A stretch of DNA of 64,000 bases from contig NC_043000.1 of NCBI RefSeq assembly GCF_006345805.1, positions 151,218,001 through 151,282,000 on the forward strand, written 5' to 3'. Under the pieces are notes generated by a model. That model was not told the origin of the DNA. It worked only from the letters and a program-made list of their open reading frames with translations, and ran no database searches. Both the position numbers and the translations under genes were made by a program. Of the stretch, positions 13,279 to 26,025 are shown piece after piece; within the stretch, counting starts at the first letter, position 1; each line of letters starts with the position of its first letter. This DNA comes from Octopus sinensis (Eukaryota).

Positions 13279-14095
13279 GCGGTTAGCTGGCAGAATGGTT
13301 AGCACGCCAGGCGAATCCTTGGCGGTATTTCGTCTGTCTGAGGCGGCGAGGCGGCAGAAACGTTAGCACGCCGGGCGAAATGCGTAGCCGTATTTCGCCT
13401 GCCGTTACGTTCTGAGTTCAAATTCCGCCGAGGTCGACTTTGCCTTTCATCCTTTCGGGGTCGATTAAATAAGTACCAGTTACGCACTGGGGTCGATATA
13501 ATCGACTTAATCTGTTTGTCTGTCCTTGTTTGTCCTCTCTGTGTTTAGCCCCTTGTGGGTAATAAAGAAATAGGTATTTCGTTTACCGTTACGTTCTGAG
13601 TTCAAATTCCGCCGAGGTCAACTTTGCCTTTCATCCTTTCGGGGTCGATTAAATAAGTACCAGTTACGTACTGGGGTCGATATAATCCACTTAATCTGTT
13701 TGTCTGTCCTTGTTTGTCTTCTCTGTGTCTAGCCCCTTGTGGGTAGTAAAGAAATAGGTATTTCGTCTGCCGTTACGTTCTGAGTTCAAATTCCGCCGAG
13801 GTCGACTTTGCCTTTCATCCTTTCGGCGTCGATTAAATAAGTACCAGTTACGCACTGAGGTCGATATAATCGACTTAATCCCTTTGTCTGTCCTTGTTTG
13901 TCCCCTCTGTGTTTAGCCCCTTGTGGGTAGTCAAGAAATAGGTATTTCGTCTGCTGCTATGTTCTGAGTTCAAATTCCGCCGACGTTTACTTGCCTTTCA
14001 TCCTTTCGAGGTCGGTAAAATAAGTACCAATGGAACACTGAGATCAATACAATCAACTTACCCACGCACCCGAAATGTGCCTATATCTGAAACCA
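13279..14095 (+). mobile_element. SINE B: three tandem long-tail units (about 184 bp period) inside an older SINE B
   Basis: Units joined at ...aaagaaatag|gtatttcgt; old head at 13279-13341, old body resumes near 13942. Confidence 0.9.
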
Positions 14096-14289
14096 ATGTT
14101 TATAACAAAACTACGGGGGTCAAAGTGAAAGATTTAATCTCGCTGCAAAATGAACCTGTGATGCGGTTTCAATACTCGGATGAAATTCGTTTAATTTACA
14201 CAGCTTATATGCTTTGGAAAGGAATGAAGTCCCCGCCATCTCATTTTCACTTCTATGTTTGGCCAACTGAAGCCAAAAGTTTATTGTAA

Positions 14290-14684
14290 TCTCTCTATAT
14301 ATAAAGCTGAAGTTGTATGTGTGTGGCAGGTTTTGTAGCCTTCAACTAACACTATCTCCTCCGAGACCCTGCGGCGCAAGTTGACCAAAATTGAGAGTAT
14401 GATAGAAGAAGGCTAGGTCTTCCTTCCGTAGAAGACAAAATTCAAATCGTACCATGTTAACACCAAAAATTATTTACATCAAAAACGTGTTTTTATTTTT
14501 CTATGAAAATCCCTATTTTTTACGATTTTTTTACTGCTGTCTCACCATTTTTCGGTGTATTTCAACCAGAAAAATGTTCACTTAAAGAGAATAACAAGCT
14601 ACATAATGCAAAATTTTTACTTTTCAAAAATTCCAATTCTAAAGGGTCGAAAAAAAATCGAGCAATGCCGGGCGATACTGCTAG
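14290..14684 (+). mobile_element. non-autonomous Helitron
   Basis: 5' TC (tctctctatatataaagc), 3' CTAG preceded by a short GC-rich hairpin, inserted between A and T with no TSD; second copy at 22028-22415. Confidence 0.8.
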
Positions 14685-14853
14685 TGCATGATAATATCAT
14701 CGGGGAAGAGTAGAACGTCTATTAACTTGACAAACAAATTCAGTCTCGACTTGAAGCTTTACTTCTCTTACTGTTGTCCTTGGAAAATTCATGAACAAGA
14801 TAACATCTAAATTTTCTTACATACCATAACTATCTGGTTTTGTGCATAAATTA

Positions 14854-15271
14854 GGCGCAGGAGTGGCTGTGTGGTAAGTAGCTTGCTTACCAACCACATG
14901 GTTCCGGGTTCAATCCCACTGCGTGGCATCTTGGGCATGTGTCTTCTACTATAGCCTCGGGCCGACCAAAGCCTTGTGAGTGGATTTGGTAGACGGAAAC
15001 TGAAAGAAGCCCGTCGTATATATGTATATATATATAAGTGTGTGTGTATGTGTTTGCGTATCTGTGTTTGTCCCCCTAGCATTGCTTGACAACCGATGCT
15101 GGTGTGTTTACGTCCCCGTCACTTAGCGGTTCGGCAAAAGAAACCGATAGAATAAGTACTGGGCTTACAAAAGAATAAGTCCCGGGGTCAAGTTGCTCGA
15201 CTAAAGGCGGTGCTCCAGCATGGCCGCAGTCAACTGACTGAAACAAGTAAAAGAGTAAAAGAGTAAACGAG
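14854..15271 (+). mobile_element. SINE family A, full length
   Basis: tRNA-like head (A box gtggctgtgtggt, B box ggttcaatccc), internal (TA/TG)n, (aagagta)n tail, TSD taaatta. Confidence 0.92.
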
Positions 15272-15419
15272 TAAATTAAAAATACTAGTATTTAGACCGA
15301 ACGACAGCAGGATAAATCTTCTGACAAGAGTTCTATTTGCGTTTAAAACTGTCTTGCTGCATTTACATAACTAATATTCTTGGGAAAAGCGTGGATATAT
15401 CACTGCTTTCATTTACCCA

Positions 15420-15455
<36 letters not shown>

Positions 15456-16125
15456 GCGCCCATAATATTTATTGCAAAATCTATAATTATTGGAAAAATA
15501 TTCTTTGTCATTTATAACACAAAGGAAATCGAGCAAATGAAATAGAAATAGCAGCTGTAAATCTGAAATCGGACATTACTGTCGTGAAAGTGGAAAATAT
15601 TGAAGAATGTAATCTTTGATGCACTTAAATATTAAGAAGGAAAATGAGAAAATATTTATGTTTGGGGACGGCAGGATAATTATACTAGGGACCTCTTTTA
15701 TCGTTGGTCTTCTTGATCACGGCTGGCCAAGGGCTAAATAACAATAGTGTTATCAATGCTTCACATAAATAAGATTGCGTTTGGAAATCGCGATCTTTCT
15801 TACATGAAGTATTAATAGAAAAGAAAGTGGAAGAGAGGAAGGGAGAGAGAGACAGACAGACAGACATGGCGGATAGGCGGACATGCAGACAGATAGGCAG
15901 ACAGATAGGGAAATCAGAGACATGAAGCATCCTCACAACAGAATAGTTAATGAGAGAGAGAGAGGGAGGGTCGATGAGAAACAATGATAAAGAGAAATGG
16001 ACAGACTGACAGGCTATCAGTCATGAGAACACAGACGACAGAGAATGAGGGAGAGAGAGGAGAGAGAGAGGGAGAGCGAGGGGAGAGAGAGGAAGAGAAA
16101 CTTGCAGATAAATAGATAGAAAGAT

Positions 16126-16174
<49 letters not shown>

Positions 16175-16514
16175 TAAACAAGCAAACGGAGACAGAGAAA
16201 ACAGAACATCGTATCTAATGGTACTTGAACGTGCAAGCCTAAAAAATGTACACATTAATTTCTTGTGTACACACGCCGCTCATATATTTCTGAGAATTCG
16301 AGAACTGTTCGCAGCCGATTTCAGCTGCTGTCAGTTCGGAGATCCACGGAGTACCCATGTTTAAAATTAATATTCTTTGTCTATGAAGTCCTCGCCATCC
16401 ATAAAATAACTCAACAACTTGATCAAATTTTCAAAAAACAAGACAAGTATTTGGTTTAAGTAGCCGGGCATATTGAATAATGGGTTTGACACGTTGTCAT
16501 CGTAAGCAGTAAAA

Positions 16515-16549
<35 letters not shown>

Positions 16550-17203
16550 GTAAAAAACAACGCCTACCTTAAAATTCGGCAAATTTTACTCTTCAGAGTA
16601 TTTGTAGTTTGGCAGCTGCTCGCACACAGACCGATTCCATTTCGGGAAAATTGTATTATTAAAAAAATAAAGGTTTTGTTCTTATATTTATTCTATTTCC
16701 CCAAAACCGAAGCAATCTGCAGCATTTCGAAGTTCCGTCTGTAAATTATAATGGAATTATTTTACGTCTGGCTAAATTCTTCCCAAAATATTAATCTATC
16801 GGTTTATTATCTATCTTATTAACCTGCGTCAATCAGTTTAGTTCCGCCATATTGAGGCATAAACTTGAGAAATTTACTCGGACAAATCGACTCCGGTACA
16901 GATTTATTTTGAAGCCCGGTGCAGATGTATCTCATCGGGTGAGAAATGGATACAACTTGTTAAAATAACAATTTCGCAATGTATCTTTTCATTTCGTTGA
17001 AAGAAAACCAGTAACATGAAGGCTACACCTTCGTTTATAGAAGATCATAAATAAAATCACTGATGCAAAAAAGAAACGAACACGCAATACAGCGAGAAAA
17101 GTATTAAAAATAACCGTTAACAGATATGGATGTACAAAGCCCTCGCGAAAGCCGCATGGTGCGTGTACACTTGCTCATACAAGTATTCACGAAAATGTAA
17201 GCA

Positions 17204-17239
<36 letters not shown>

Positions 17240-17243
<4 letters not shown>

Positions 17244-17940
17244 AAATACAAAATTGTGATAAGAACGCAAAACATCCAAACATACGATACAACGAAAGCA
17301 AGGACGGGTCATTCGGAGTTTTCTATCCTCAGTCGAGTTCCAGATTATCTTTGCAATTTCGGCTGGTTATACTGGAGATGGCTCCAATCTGGCCAGCCCC
17401 CAAGGAAAAACTAAGCTAAGAGCATTAGATTCCTTGGAAGAAAGCAGCGAATGTATACGAAAATAAGGACGGAAAAAAACGGAGAAATGTTATACAAATA
17501 CAAATGCAATTAACAGGACATAACAACAGATGACTTTCGACTAAGGACGAACTAAATTAAGCTGGCGTGTCTGGAAGTAAAGCCCAGGGCAGGGACATAA
17601 GATTTGACAGGCACAGGAAGGAATATAGATGCTGCACGGATGGTAGTCGAACGAAGAAAGAAAGGTCAGGCTTGGCTGAACACCAGTCATGTGGGGAAGT
17701 AAGAGAGAGAGGTAGAAGTAGAGGGATAGAAGAGTTAAGGAGGGGTGAGAAAAAATGAAAGGAAGAGAGTGAAGTGAAAGAGGAGGGAAAGTGAGCATGA
17801 AGGGAATGCAAGAAAATGTGAGAGAGGGGGAACGAAAGAACGAGAGTGGAATGAACGAAGTGTGAAAGGGCTGACAGAAAGAAGGAAAGAATGAAAGAAT
17901 AGAAAGAATAATAGAGTCGTACAAAATTTAGATATATATT
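17240..17940 (-). mobile_element. probable Penelope-like retroelement remnant next to (TA)n
   Basis: Abuts (TA)n; degenerate CTGAGGA...CGAA motif on minus at about 17302-17340; terminal segment partly repeated near 17995-18030. Confidence 0.4.
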
Positions 17941-20449
17941 TATACTTACATATAAGAGACTAACGTGTACGTACGCCGCTATATTTAATATATAGAAAAT
18001 ACAAAAATGGGACTAGAACGCAAAACATCCAGATGTATATATACACACAGTACATAGATACCTCATTGGTAAATAGACACCAATATTTCTTTAAAAAATT
18101 ATTACTAGAAATAAAATAATGTCCTTTGATTCATTTAAAGCTTTATTTAGTATTTAGTAGGCATGCCTTGTGCACAATGGGGGGTACCTATTTACTTTCG
18201 AGATGTCTGTGTATGTATGCATATATGTATGTATAAATGTATGTATGCATATATGTATGTATAAATGTATGTATGTATGTATGTATGTATAAATGTATGT
18301 ATGTATGTATGTATGTATGTATGTATGTATGTATGTATGTATGTGTATACATATCGTTGCTTTTTGCAAAAGTGTTGTAAGTCCAAAACGTTGCCTTTTC
18401 AGAATATGAAAAAGTAGATTCACCATTCCATAGCAGAACTTTTGTACTACACTTTGACAATTTTTGATATCTTGGCATCTGGAGCAGTTATTGCAAGCAA
18501 AGAAGCGGCTATTGCAAGCAAAAATAAATATTCAAAAAATACGCATTTAGCCAAGTTTGGATATACGACAGTTTAACACAATAGCAACGATATATATTGG
18601 GAGAGAGAGAGAGAGTGAGAGAAAGAGAGAAAGATAGAGAGAGAAAGAAAGATAGAGAGTGAGAGAAAGAGAGACAAACAGCCAAACAGTCAGAGTGGGA
18701 GGAATCGTGTGATAGCCAGTTCATAGAACACACACACACACATATATATATATCCATATGTATTATGAGCTTCTTTACAGTTTCCGTCTGCAGGATTCAC
18801 TCGTATGGCATTGGTCGGTCTGGGACTTCAGTAGAAGAGACTTGCTCATATATATATATATGAGCATGTGTCTTCATTGGGTCGACCAATGCCTTATCAG
18901 TGAATCCTACACATGGAAACTGTGTAGAACTTCGTCATACACATGGATATATAAATGTGTGTGTGTGTGTGTGTGTGTGTAGTGTGTGCATCTGTTTGTC
19001 CTTCCCGCCATCTCGCTGCTCAACAACCGGTGTTGCTTTGTTTACATCACTGTAACTTGGGGATTCGACAAAAGAGATATATAGAATAAGTGCCACTTAA
19101 AAGTAAGTTTTGGATGCGATTTTTTAGGCTGAAGCACTTCAATGTCGTATCCCAGCATGGCCATAGTTCAATAGTCCACACACACACACACACATTCTTG
19201 TTTTGTTCTCAGACTCCACCCGATGGAGTGACCACACAGAACTGCTAAAAATATTCAAATACATAATTATTAAGAGTAATCTTAAATAATGTTATATGAA
19301 TATGACAATTTCAAATTGACGCTGGTGTTGGGAGCAGAAACATATGTTGTGATATACCATTAAAGATTCTCAAATTCCATCCTCGTGTTGTTATAATGAT
19401 TATTTTATACACACACGCATGCATACACACACGCACGCACACACACACACACACACACACAAACGCACATGCAGACACAAACACATACACATACATTGTG
19501 CGGCCGTCATATTTCCGCATTAGTCCTTGATATTTGGATTCGAAACCACAGCATTCCAATGTCCATAAACACTTCCGGATCAACCTTGGTTCTTTGGATA
19601 TAACTTCCTTACTTCATTTACTTTGTTTTAGCCATCAGAAGTCAGGCCATACAGGAGCATCACCTATATGTGTATGTGTAAATGCGTGCGTGTATGCATG
19701 TTTGCGGATAAGCACATAGATACAAAGGCAGTTTTTCTCTGTCTCTCTTTCTTCCTTCTCTCTCTCCCTCCCTCTCTCTCTCTCTCTCTCTCTCCTTCTC
19801 TTACTCGTTCATGCTCATGTATGCATGCTGAGTAACGCATGGATGTATCTATATGTATAATTAAACATTCGTATCAATCTGTCTGCATGTGTGTATTTAT
19901 GTATGTGTGTTTTTGCGTAAATCGCACATGCGTGTGCGTGCGTCTAAACGCGCGCGCGTATGCGCGTATGTGTGTGTGTGTGTGTGTTTGCGTGTATGCG
20001 TATTCACACCGACGAATATATGCAAATGTGTACATATGTACATACATTTCTGCATTCTTACAACCATAGTTTAGTATTAGCATACATACACATATACATC
20101 CGTGTGTGTTTTGTATTTATGTATATATGTATAGATGTATGTATATATGTATGCGTAAATGTATGTATGTATGTATATCTATGTATGTATGTATATCTAT
20201 GTATGTGTATATCTATGTATGTATGTATATCTATTTATGTGTATATCTATGAATGTATGTATATCTATGTATGTATATCTATGTATGTGTATATCTATGA
20301 ATGTATGTATATCTATGTATGTATATCTATGTATGTGTATATCTATGAATGCATGTATATCTATGTATGTATGTATATCTATGTATGTGTATATCTATGA
20401 ATGTGTATGCATGCGTCGATGTAAGCAAGTGTGTGCATATATGTGCGTT

Positions 20450-20480
<31 letters not shown>

Positions 20481-20639
20481 CTGTATGTATGTATGTCTGT
20501 ATGTATGTATGTATGTATGTATGTATGTATGTATGTGTGTGTGTATGTATGTATGTATGTATGTATGCATGTATGCATGCATGTTTATATGCATGCATGC
20601 ATGTATGTCTGTATGTATGAGAGTATTATATATGTATAT

Positions 20640-21130
20640 TTGTATATATTTTTCCATTGCCATCTCAATATGTTCTCCATTTGCAACTGAGAGCCAGTAT
20701 CTAAGTGACAACTTTTCTTTTGTTGAAGATGGCGGATGGTAGGGTATTTTTGTTAGACGACATTAAATTGATGGATAGGGTCAGCTAATAATATTTGACC
20801 CCTTTGTGGAAGATTTGCGGGACTTTCTGTTCTACTACTGACGGATTAGATCCGTAGAATGTGGGTCAATTGTTCTCTTGCCACCCCCACAAAAATTAGT
20901 TCTTTTTTAGTTGACTATTTTAGCATTTAGTTGTATGTACAAATTATAGCAACTTACTATGAGCACATTTTTATGAAAACAAGATGGGGGAATCTTCTTC
21001 AGTGATTTGACAAGGACTATATGTTTTGTATTCTGTATCAGGTGGTCGAAGATGTTTTCCTTCTCACTGATTTTCGATGAGACACTCGTTTCAATTGAAC
21101 AGCTGGTTTCGACAGCAAGCCATTCTGCTT
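20640..21130 (-). mobile_element. decayed RLE-type LINE fragment
   Basis: AVETSCSIETSVSSKISEKENIFDHLIQN resembles the VEVSCP...EKENIYGELI segment at 10040-10460. Confidence 0.55.
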
Positions 21131-21309
21131 CTTTTGTGCGTGTGTGTGTGTGTGGTGTGTGTGTGTGCGTGTGTGTGTTGTGTGTGTTGTGTGTGTGTGT
21201 GTGCGTGCGTGTGTGTGTGTGTGTCTGTTTGTGTGTGTATGTGTGTGTGTATGTGTTGTGTGTGTGTGTCTGTGCGTGTCTGTGTGTGTGTGCGTGTGTG
21301 TGTGTTTTC

Positions 21310-21590
21310 TGTGTGAGCATCAGAAGAATTATCATACTTGAAATTTTGTCGGACATTATTTTGAATGCGAACTTATATGTTTTATATATATGTGTGTGTG
21401 TGTGTGTTGCGTGTCTGTGTGTGTGTATGTGTGTGTTGCGTGTGTGTTGTGTGTATGTTGTGTGTGTGTGTGTTGTGTGTGTGTGTGTGTGTGTTGTGTG
21501 TGTGTATGTGTGTGTGTTTGCTGTGTGAGCATCAGAAGAATTATCATACTTGAAATTTTGTCAGACATTATTTTGAATGCAAACTTATAT
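21310..21590. repeat. local duplication of about 70 bp unique sequence separated by (GT)n
   Basis: ctgtgtgagcatcagaagaattatcatacttgaaattttgtc.gacattattttgaatgc.aacttatat at about 21309-21378 and 21521-21590. Confidence 0.9.
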
Positions 21591-21971
21591 ATTTATATAT
21601 ATATATGTGTGTGTGTGTGCGTGTATCGATATATGTACATATATGCACACACATACACACACACGCGCATATATATACACGCATATATACATACTTGTGT
21701 GTGCATATGTACATGTATATATCTATGCATGTATATACTTACATACATACACGCACACACAAATTCACCTCATCCAATTTAAATATATCAACTGTACGCC
21801 TTTGTATTGAGTTCTCTTTCCTCTGAAAATGTCTACACACCCATAAATATACATATAAATTTATACAATCTCTCTCTATACATATGTACGTATACACACA
21901 CACCACATATACATACATACATACATACATGTATATGTATGTAAGTATATATATATATATATGTGTATATA

Positions 21972-22027
<56 letters not shown>

Positions 22028-22028
<1 letters not shown>

Positions 22029-22415
22029 TAGCAGTATCACCCGGTGTTGCTTCGGTTTGTTTCGACCCTTTAGAATTGGAATTTTTGAAAAGTAAAAATT
22101 TTGCATTATGCAACTTATTATTCTCTTCAAGTGAACATTTTTCCAGTTGAAATACACCGAAAAATGGTGACACAGCAGTCAAAAATCGTAAAAAATAGGG
22201 ATTTTCATAGAAAAAAAGCACCTTTTTTATGTAAATAATTTTTGGTGTTAACATGGTCCGATTTGAACTTTTTCTTCTACGGAATGAAGAGCAAGCCTTC
22301 TTCTATCATACTCTCAATTTTGGTCAACTTGCGCCGCAGGGTCTCGAAGGAGATAGTGTTAGTTGAAGGCTACACAAGCTGCCCACACAGACAACTTCAG
22401 CTTTATATATATAGA
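22028..22415 (-). mobile_element. non-autonomous Helitron (second copy of 14290-14684)
   Basis: High identity to the reverse complement of 14290-14684; CTAG end in (TA)n. Confidence 0.82.
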
Positions 22416-23103
22416 TTTGGCTACACTACTTTCCATCCTTAATAATGAAACTTGGTAGATTCAAAAGTTAAACACACACACACACAAGTTGAGTTTTATA
22501 TATATAGATTCTCAACGGGGATTTCAGGGGAGAGTTTCAGGGAGTCGCTGGCGATGTATATCGTGATGATCAAAAATCCGGCCTGCTAAATTTGGTTAAA
22601 GTGATTCAAACTGCAGACTCAACGCAAAATGGTCACATTTAATTCAAAGCGTTAAAAATATTATGAAACAATTGGTATGTGTTCACAAAGTCCAAACGAT
22701 TAATACGAAAAACCCTCCAGGCTACATCCCGAAAATTCATTTCTTTGCCGAATTTCTACAATGTTTACGGCGATTCGTTTTTATATGTTGATTTTTTTAT
22801 GCAATTTACGCATGCTTGCATGCGTGGTGAACACAGTTCACGTCAAACAGCTGACTGAGTAAAGTTCACTATTCAATGCATGGGATAATACCTAAACAAA
22901 CACATTATCGATTTTTGCTCTTGCGAGATGAATTTCGGAACAGAAATAGCGCAGTTCAATTTTCATTCGCCTAAACTTTAAGTGACCCATTTTTGGTGGT
23001 TCTACGATTTGTTGGCTAGGAGGAGATGTGCCGGGAAGTTAAACACACAGACACACACACAGATACACACACAGACACACAAGCTGAGTTTTATATATAT
23101 AGA
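22416..23103 (-). mobile_element. stacked 5' portions of a related Helitron-like family
   Basis: Two more tctatatatataaaac 5' termini on minus at about 22508 and 23103, each followed by (GT)n. Confidence 0.5.
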
Positions 23104-23124
23104 TATACATACATGTATATCTCT

Positions 23125-23325
23125 TTGACCTTTTTCTTGTTTCGGCCGCTAGACAGCGACCATGTGGGGCACTGTCTAGAAGTGTTTACTTGAAGAAATC
23201 GATCTTAGCGCTTATTTTTAAGCATGGGATTTGCTTGGGCATCTTTTTGCTGAACCGCTAAGTTAAGAGGATGTAAACAAAGCAACACCGGTTCACAAGT
23301 GGGGCAGGACAGACACGCATATGTG

Positions 23326-23368
<43 letters not shown>

Positions 23369-23540
23369 TGTGTGTGTGTCTGTGTGTGTGTGTAAGTGTG
23401 TGTATCTCCCTAAATCATGCTTCTTATCCACATGGTTCTGAATTTAGTCTCACAAGAAACCTGTAGCAAGCGTCTTCTACTATAAACCAGGACTGACCAA
23501 AACCTTCTGGTACACAGAAACTGTAAGAAGCTTGTCGTGT
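23125..23540 (-). mobile_element. old diverged SINE family A
   Basis: Recognisable gaaccgctaagt, gtcttctactata and ccacatggttc motifs. Confidence 0.7.
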
Positions 23541-23609
23541 ATATATATATATATATATTATATATATATATATATATACACATATATAGATCGGTAGCCA
23601 CTACACACA

Positions 23610-23764
23610 CATTTTTTCTCTCCTTGTTTCTTTCTGTGTTCCTTTCTGTAGAAGGGCGTAGGCTCGAAACGTAAAAGACTTCTTCAATTCCCGAGCGTTA
23701 AATTAATACATCTGTTTGTTGTTTACACACCTGTCTACGTCTTTTGTTTTTTTTCGTGAATTCT

Positions 23765-23767
<3 letters not shown>
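23610..23767 (+). mobile_element. Penelope-like terminal fragment with a minimal hammerhead-like motif
   Basis: gtagaagggcgtaggctcgaaacgt at 23648-23672; ends in (TA)n; homologous to 28648-28810 (minus). Confidence 0.55.
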
Positions 23768-23840
<73 letters not shown>

Positions 23841-23841
<1 letters not shown>

Positions 23842-24192
23842 ATGCGTGGAAGGTAACACCGTCTGATTCGTATTTGAACTCTGTTATGGTGTTTGCGACG
23901 GAAGACTAAAGGCTGTGCTCTAGCATGGCCGCAGTCAAATGACTGAAGCAAATAAAAAAGTAAAAGAGTGAAAGAGAGTATGCGTTGAAGGTAACTCCAT
24001 CTGATTCGTATTTGAACTCTGTTATGGCGTTCACGACGGAGTCTGATGAGAAAAGTTTTTTTGACTTTCCTGACGGCTTCAGTAATTCCACCATTTGTTG
24101 CTGTAAAAGTAATTGTTGTCGTTGTTGTTGTTCTTTCAGTTGTTGTTGGTAGTGTTTTTGCATTCGAGCAAACCGGTTAGAAATCTTTCCAT
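23841..24192 (-). pseudogene. Ty3/Gypsy gag N-terminal relic
   Basis: ATG at 24192: MERFLTGLLE (1-bp frameshift) MQKHYQQQLKEQQQRQQLLLQQQMVELLK...FSSDSVVNAITEFKYESDGVTFNAY, a Q-rich start plus I-x-EF-x-Y...G-x-TF motif typical of invertebrate Gypsy gag; downstream of an LTR and PBS. Confidence 0.8.
23903..23978 (+). mobile_element. 5'-truncated SINE A tail flanked by 62-bp direct repeats
   Basis: gactaaaggctgtgctctagcatggccgcagtcaaatgactga...aaaagag; flanks 23841-23902 and 23979-24040. Confidence 0.85.
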
Positions 24193-24236
24193 AATTTTCC
24201 GATTTTTTGCCGTAAAATTCGCACAAAAAGTTTTGT

Positions 24237-26003
24237 GAGTTTATTAATTCCTCGTGAGTCTTTGAAATTTACGTCGAGTTTATTAATTCCTCGTGAGTCT
24301 TTGAAATTTACGTCGAGTTTATTAATTCCTCGTGAGTCTTTGAAATTTACGTCGAGTTTATTAATTCCTCGTGAGTCTTTGAAATTTACGTCGAGTTTAT
24401 TAATTCCTCGTGAGTCTTTGAAATTTACGTCGAGTTTATTAATTCCTCGTGAGTCTTTGAAATTTACGTCGAGTTTATTAATTCTCGTGAGTCTTTGAAT
24501 TTACGTCGAGTTTATTAATTCCTCGTGAGTCTTTGAATTTACGTCGAGTTTATTAATTCCTCGTGAGTCTTTGAAATTTACGTCGAGTTTATTAATTCCT
24601 CGTGAGTCTTTGAAATTTACGTCGAGTTTATTATTCCTCGTGAGTCTTTGAAATTTACGTCGAGTTTATTAATTCCTCGTGAGTCTTTGAAATTTACGTC
24701 GAGTTTATTATTCCTCGTGAGTCTTTGAAATTACGTCGAGTTTATTAATTCCTCGTGAGTCTTTGAAATTTACGTCGAGTTTATTATATTCCTCGTGAGT
24801 CTTTGAAATTTACGTCGAGTTTATTAATTCCTCGTGAGTCTTTGAAATTTACGTCGAGTTTATTAATTCCTCGTGAGTCTTTGAAAATTTACTCGAGTTT
24901 ATTAATTCCTCGTGAGTCTTTGAATTTACGTCGAGTTTATTAATTCCTCGTGAGTCTTTGAAATTTACGTCGAGTTTATTAATTCCTCGTGAGTCTTTGA
25001 AATTTACGTTCGAGTTTATTAATTCCTCGTGAGTCTTTGAAATTTACGTCGAGTTTATTAATTCCTCGTGAGTCTTTGAAATTTACGTTCGAGTTTATTA
25101 ATTCCTCGTGAGTCTTTGAAATTTACGTCGAGTTTATTAATTCCTCGTGAGTCTTTGAAATTTACGTCGAGTTTATTAATTCCCGTGAGTCTTTGAAATT
25201 TACGTCGAGTTTATTAATTCCTCGTGAGTCTTTGAAATTTACGTCGAGTTTATTAATTCCTCGTGAGTCTTTGAAATTTACGTCGAGTTTATTAATTCTC
25301 TCGTGAGTCTTTGAAATTTACGTCGAGTTTATTAATTCCTCGTGAGTCTTTGAAATTTCGTCGAGTTTATTAATTCCTCGTGAGTCTTTGAATTTACGTC
25401 GAGTTTATTAATTCCTCGTGAGTCTTTGAAATTTACGTCGAGTTATTAATTCCTCGTGAGTCTTTGAAATTTACGTCGAGTTTTTAATTCCTCGTGAGTC
25501 TTTGAAATTTACGTCGAGTTTATTAATTCCTCGTGAGTCTTTGAAATTTACGTCGAGTTTAGTAATTCCTCGTGAGTCTTTGAAATTTACGTCGAGTTTA
25601 TTATATTCCTCGTGAGTCTTTGAAATTTACGTCGAGTTATTAATTCCTCGTGAGTCTTTGAATTTACGTCGAGTTTATTAATTCCCGTGAGTCTTTGAAA
25701 TTTACGTCGAGTTTATTAATTCCTCGTGAGTCTTTGAAATTTACGTCGAGTTTATTAATTCCTCGTGAGTCTTTGAAATTTACGTCGAGTTTATTAATTC
25801 CTCGTGAGTCTTTGAAATTTACGTCGAGTTTATTAATTCCTCGTGAGTCTTTGAAATTTACGTCGAGTTTATTAATTCCTCGTGAGTCTTTGAAATTTAC
25901 GTCGAGTTTATTAATTCCTCGTGAGTCTTTGAAATTTACGTCGAGTTTATTAATTCCTCGTGAGTCTTTGAAATTTACGTCGAGTTTATTAATTCCTCGT
26001 GAG
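24237..26003. repeat. tandem array of about 45 x 39-bp units (cgtcgagtttattaattcctcgtgagtctttgaaattta)
   Basis: Directly visible; edge copies identical, interior copies differ almost only by scattered 1-bp indels; no spacers. Confidence 0.98.
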
Positions 26004-26011
26004 TTGTTTAA

Positions 26012-26024
26012 ATCCTCGTCGTCA
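26012..26024 (-). promoter_or_regulatory. primer-binding site complementary to the tRNA-Ser(GCT) 3' end
   Basis: Minus strand tgacgacgaggat, 1 nt after the LTR end; 12/13 match to TGGCGACGAGGAT. Confidence 0.8.
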
Positions 26025-26025
26025 T

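Noticed and set aside
19839-22254. Many overlapping C/V/Y/M-rich ORFs
   Set aside because: Products of (GT)n, (TATG)n and (TA)n microsatellites and a Helitron.
24237-26003. CRISPR-like array
   Set aside because: Units are head-to-tail with no unique spacers, there are no cas genes, and the context is a eukaryotic retrotransposon.
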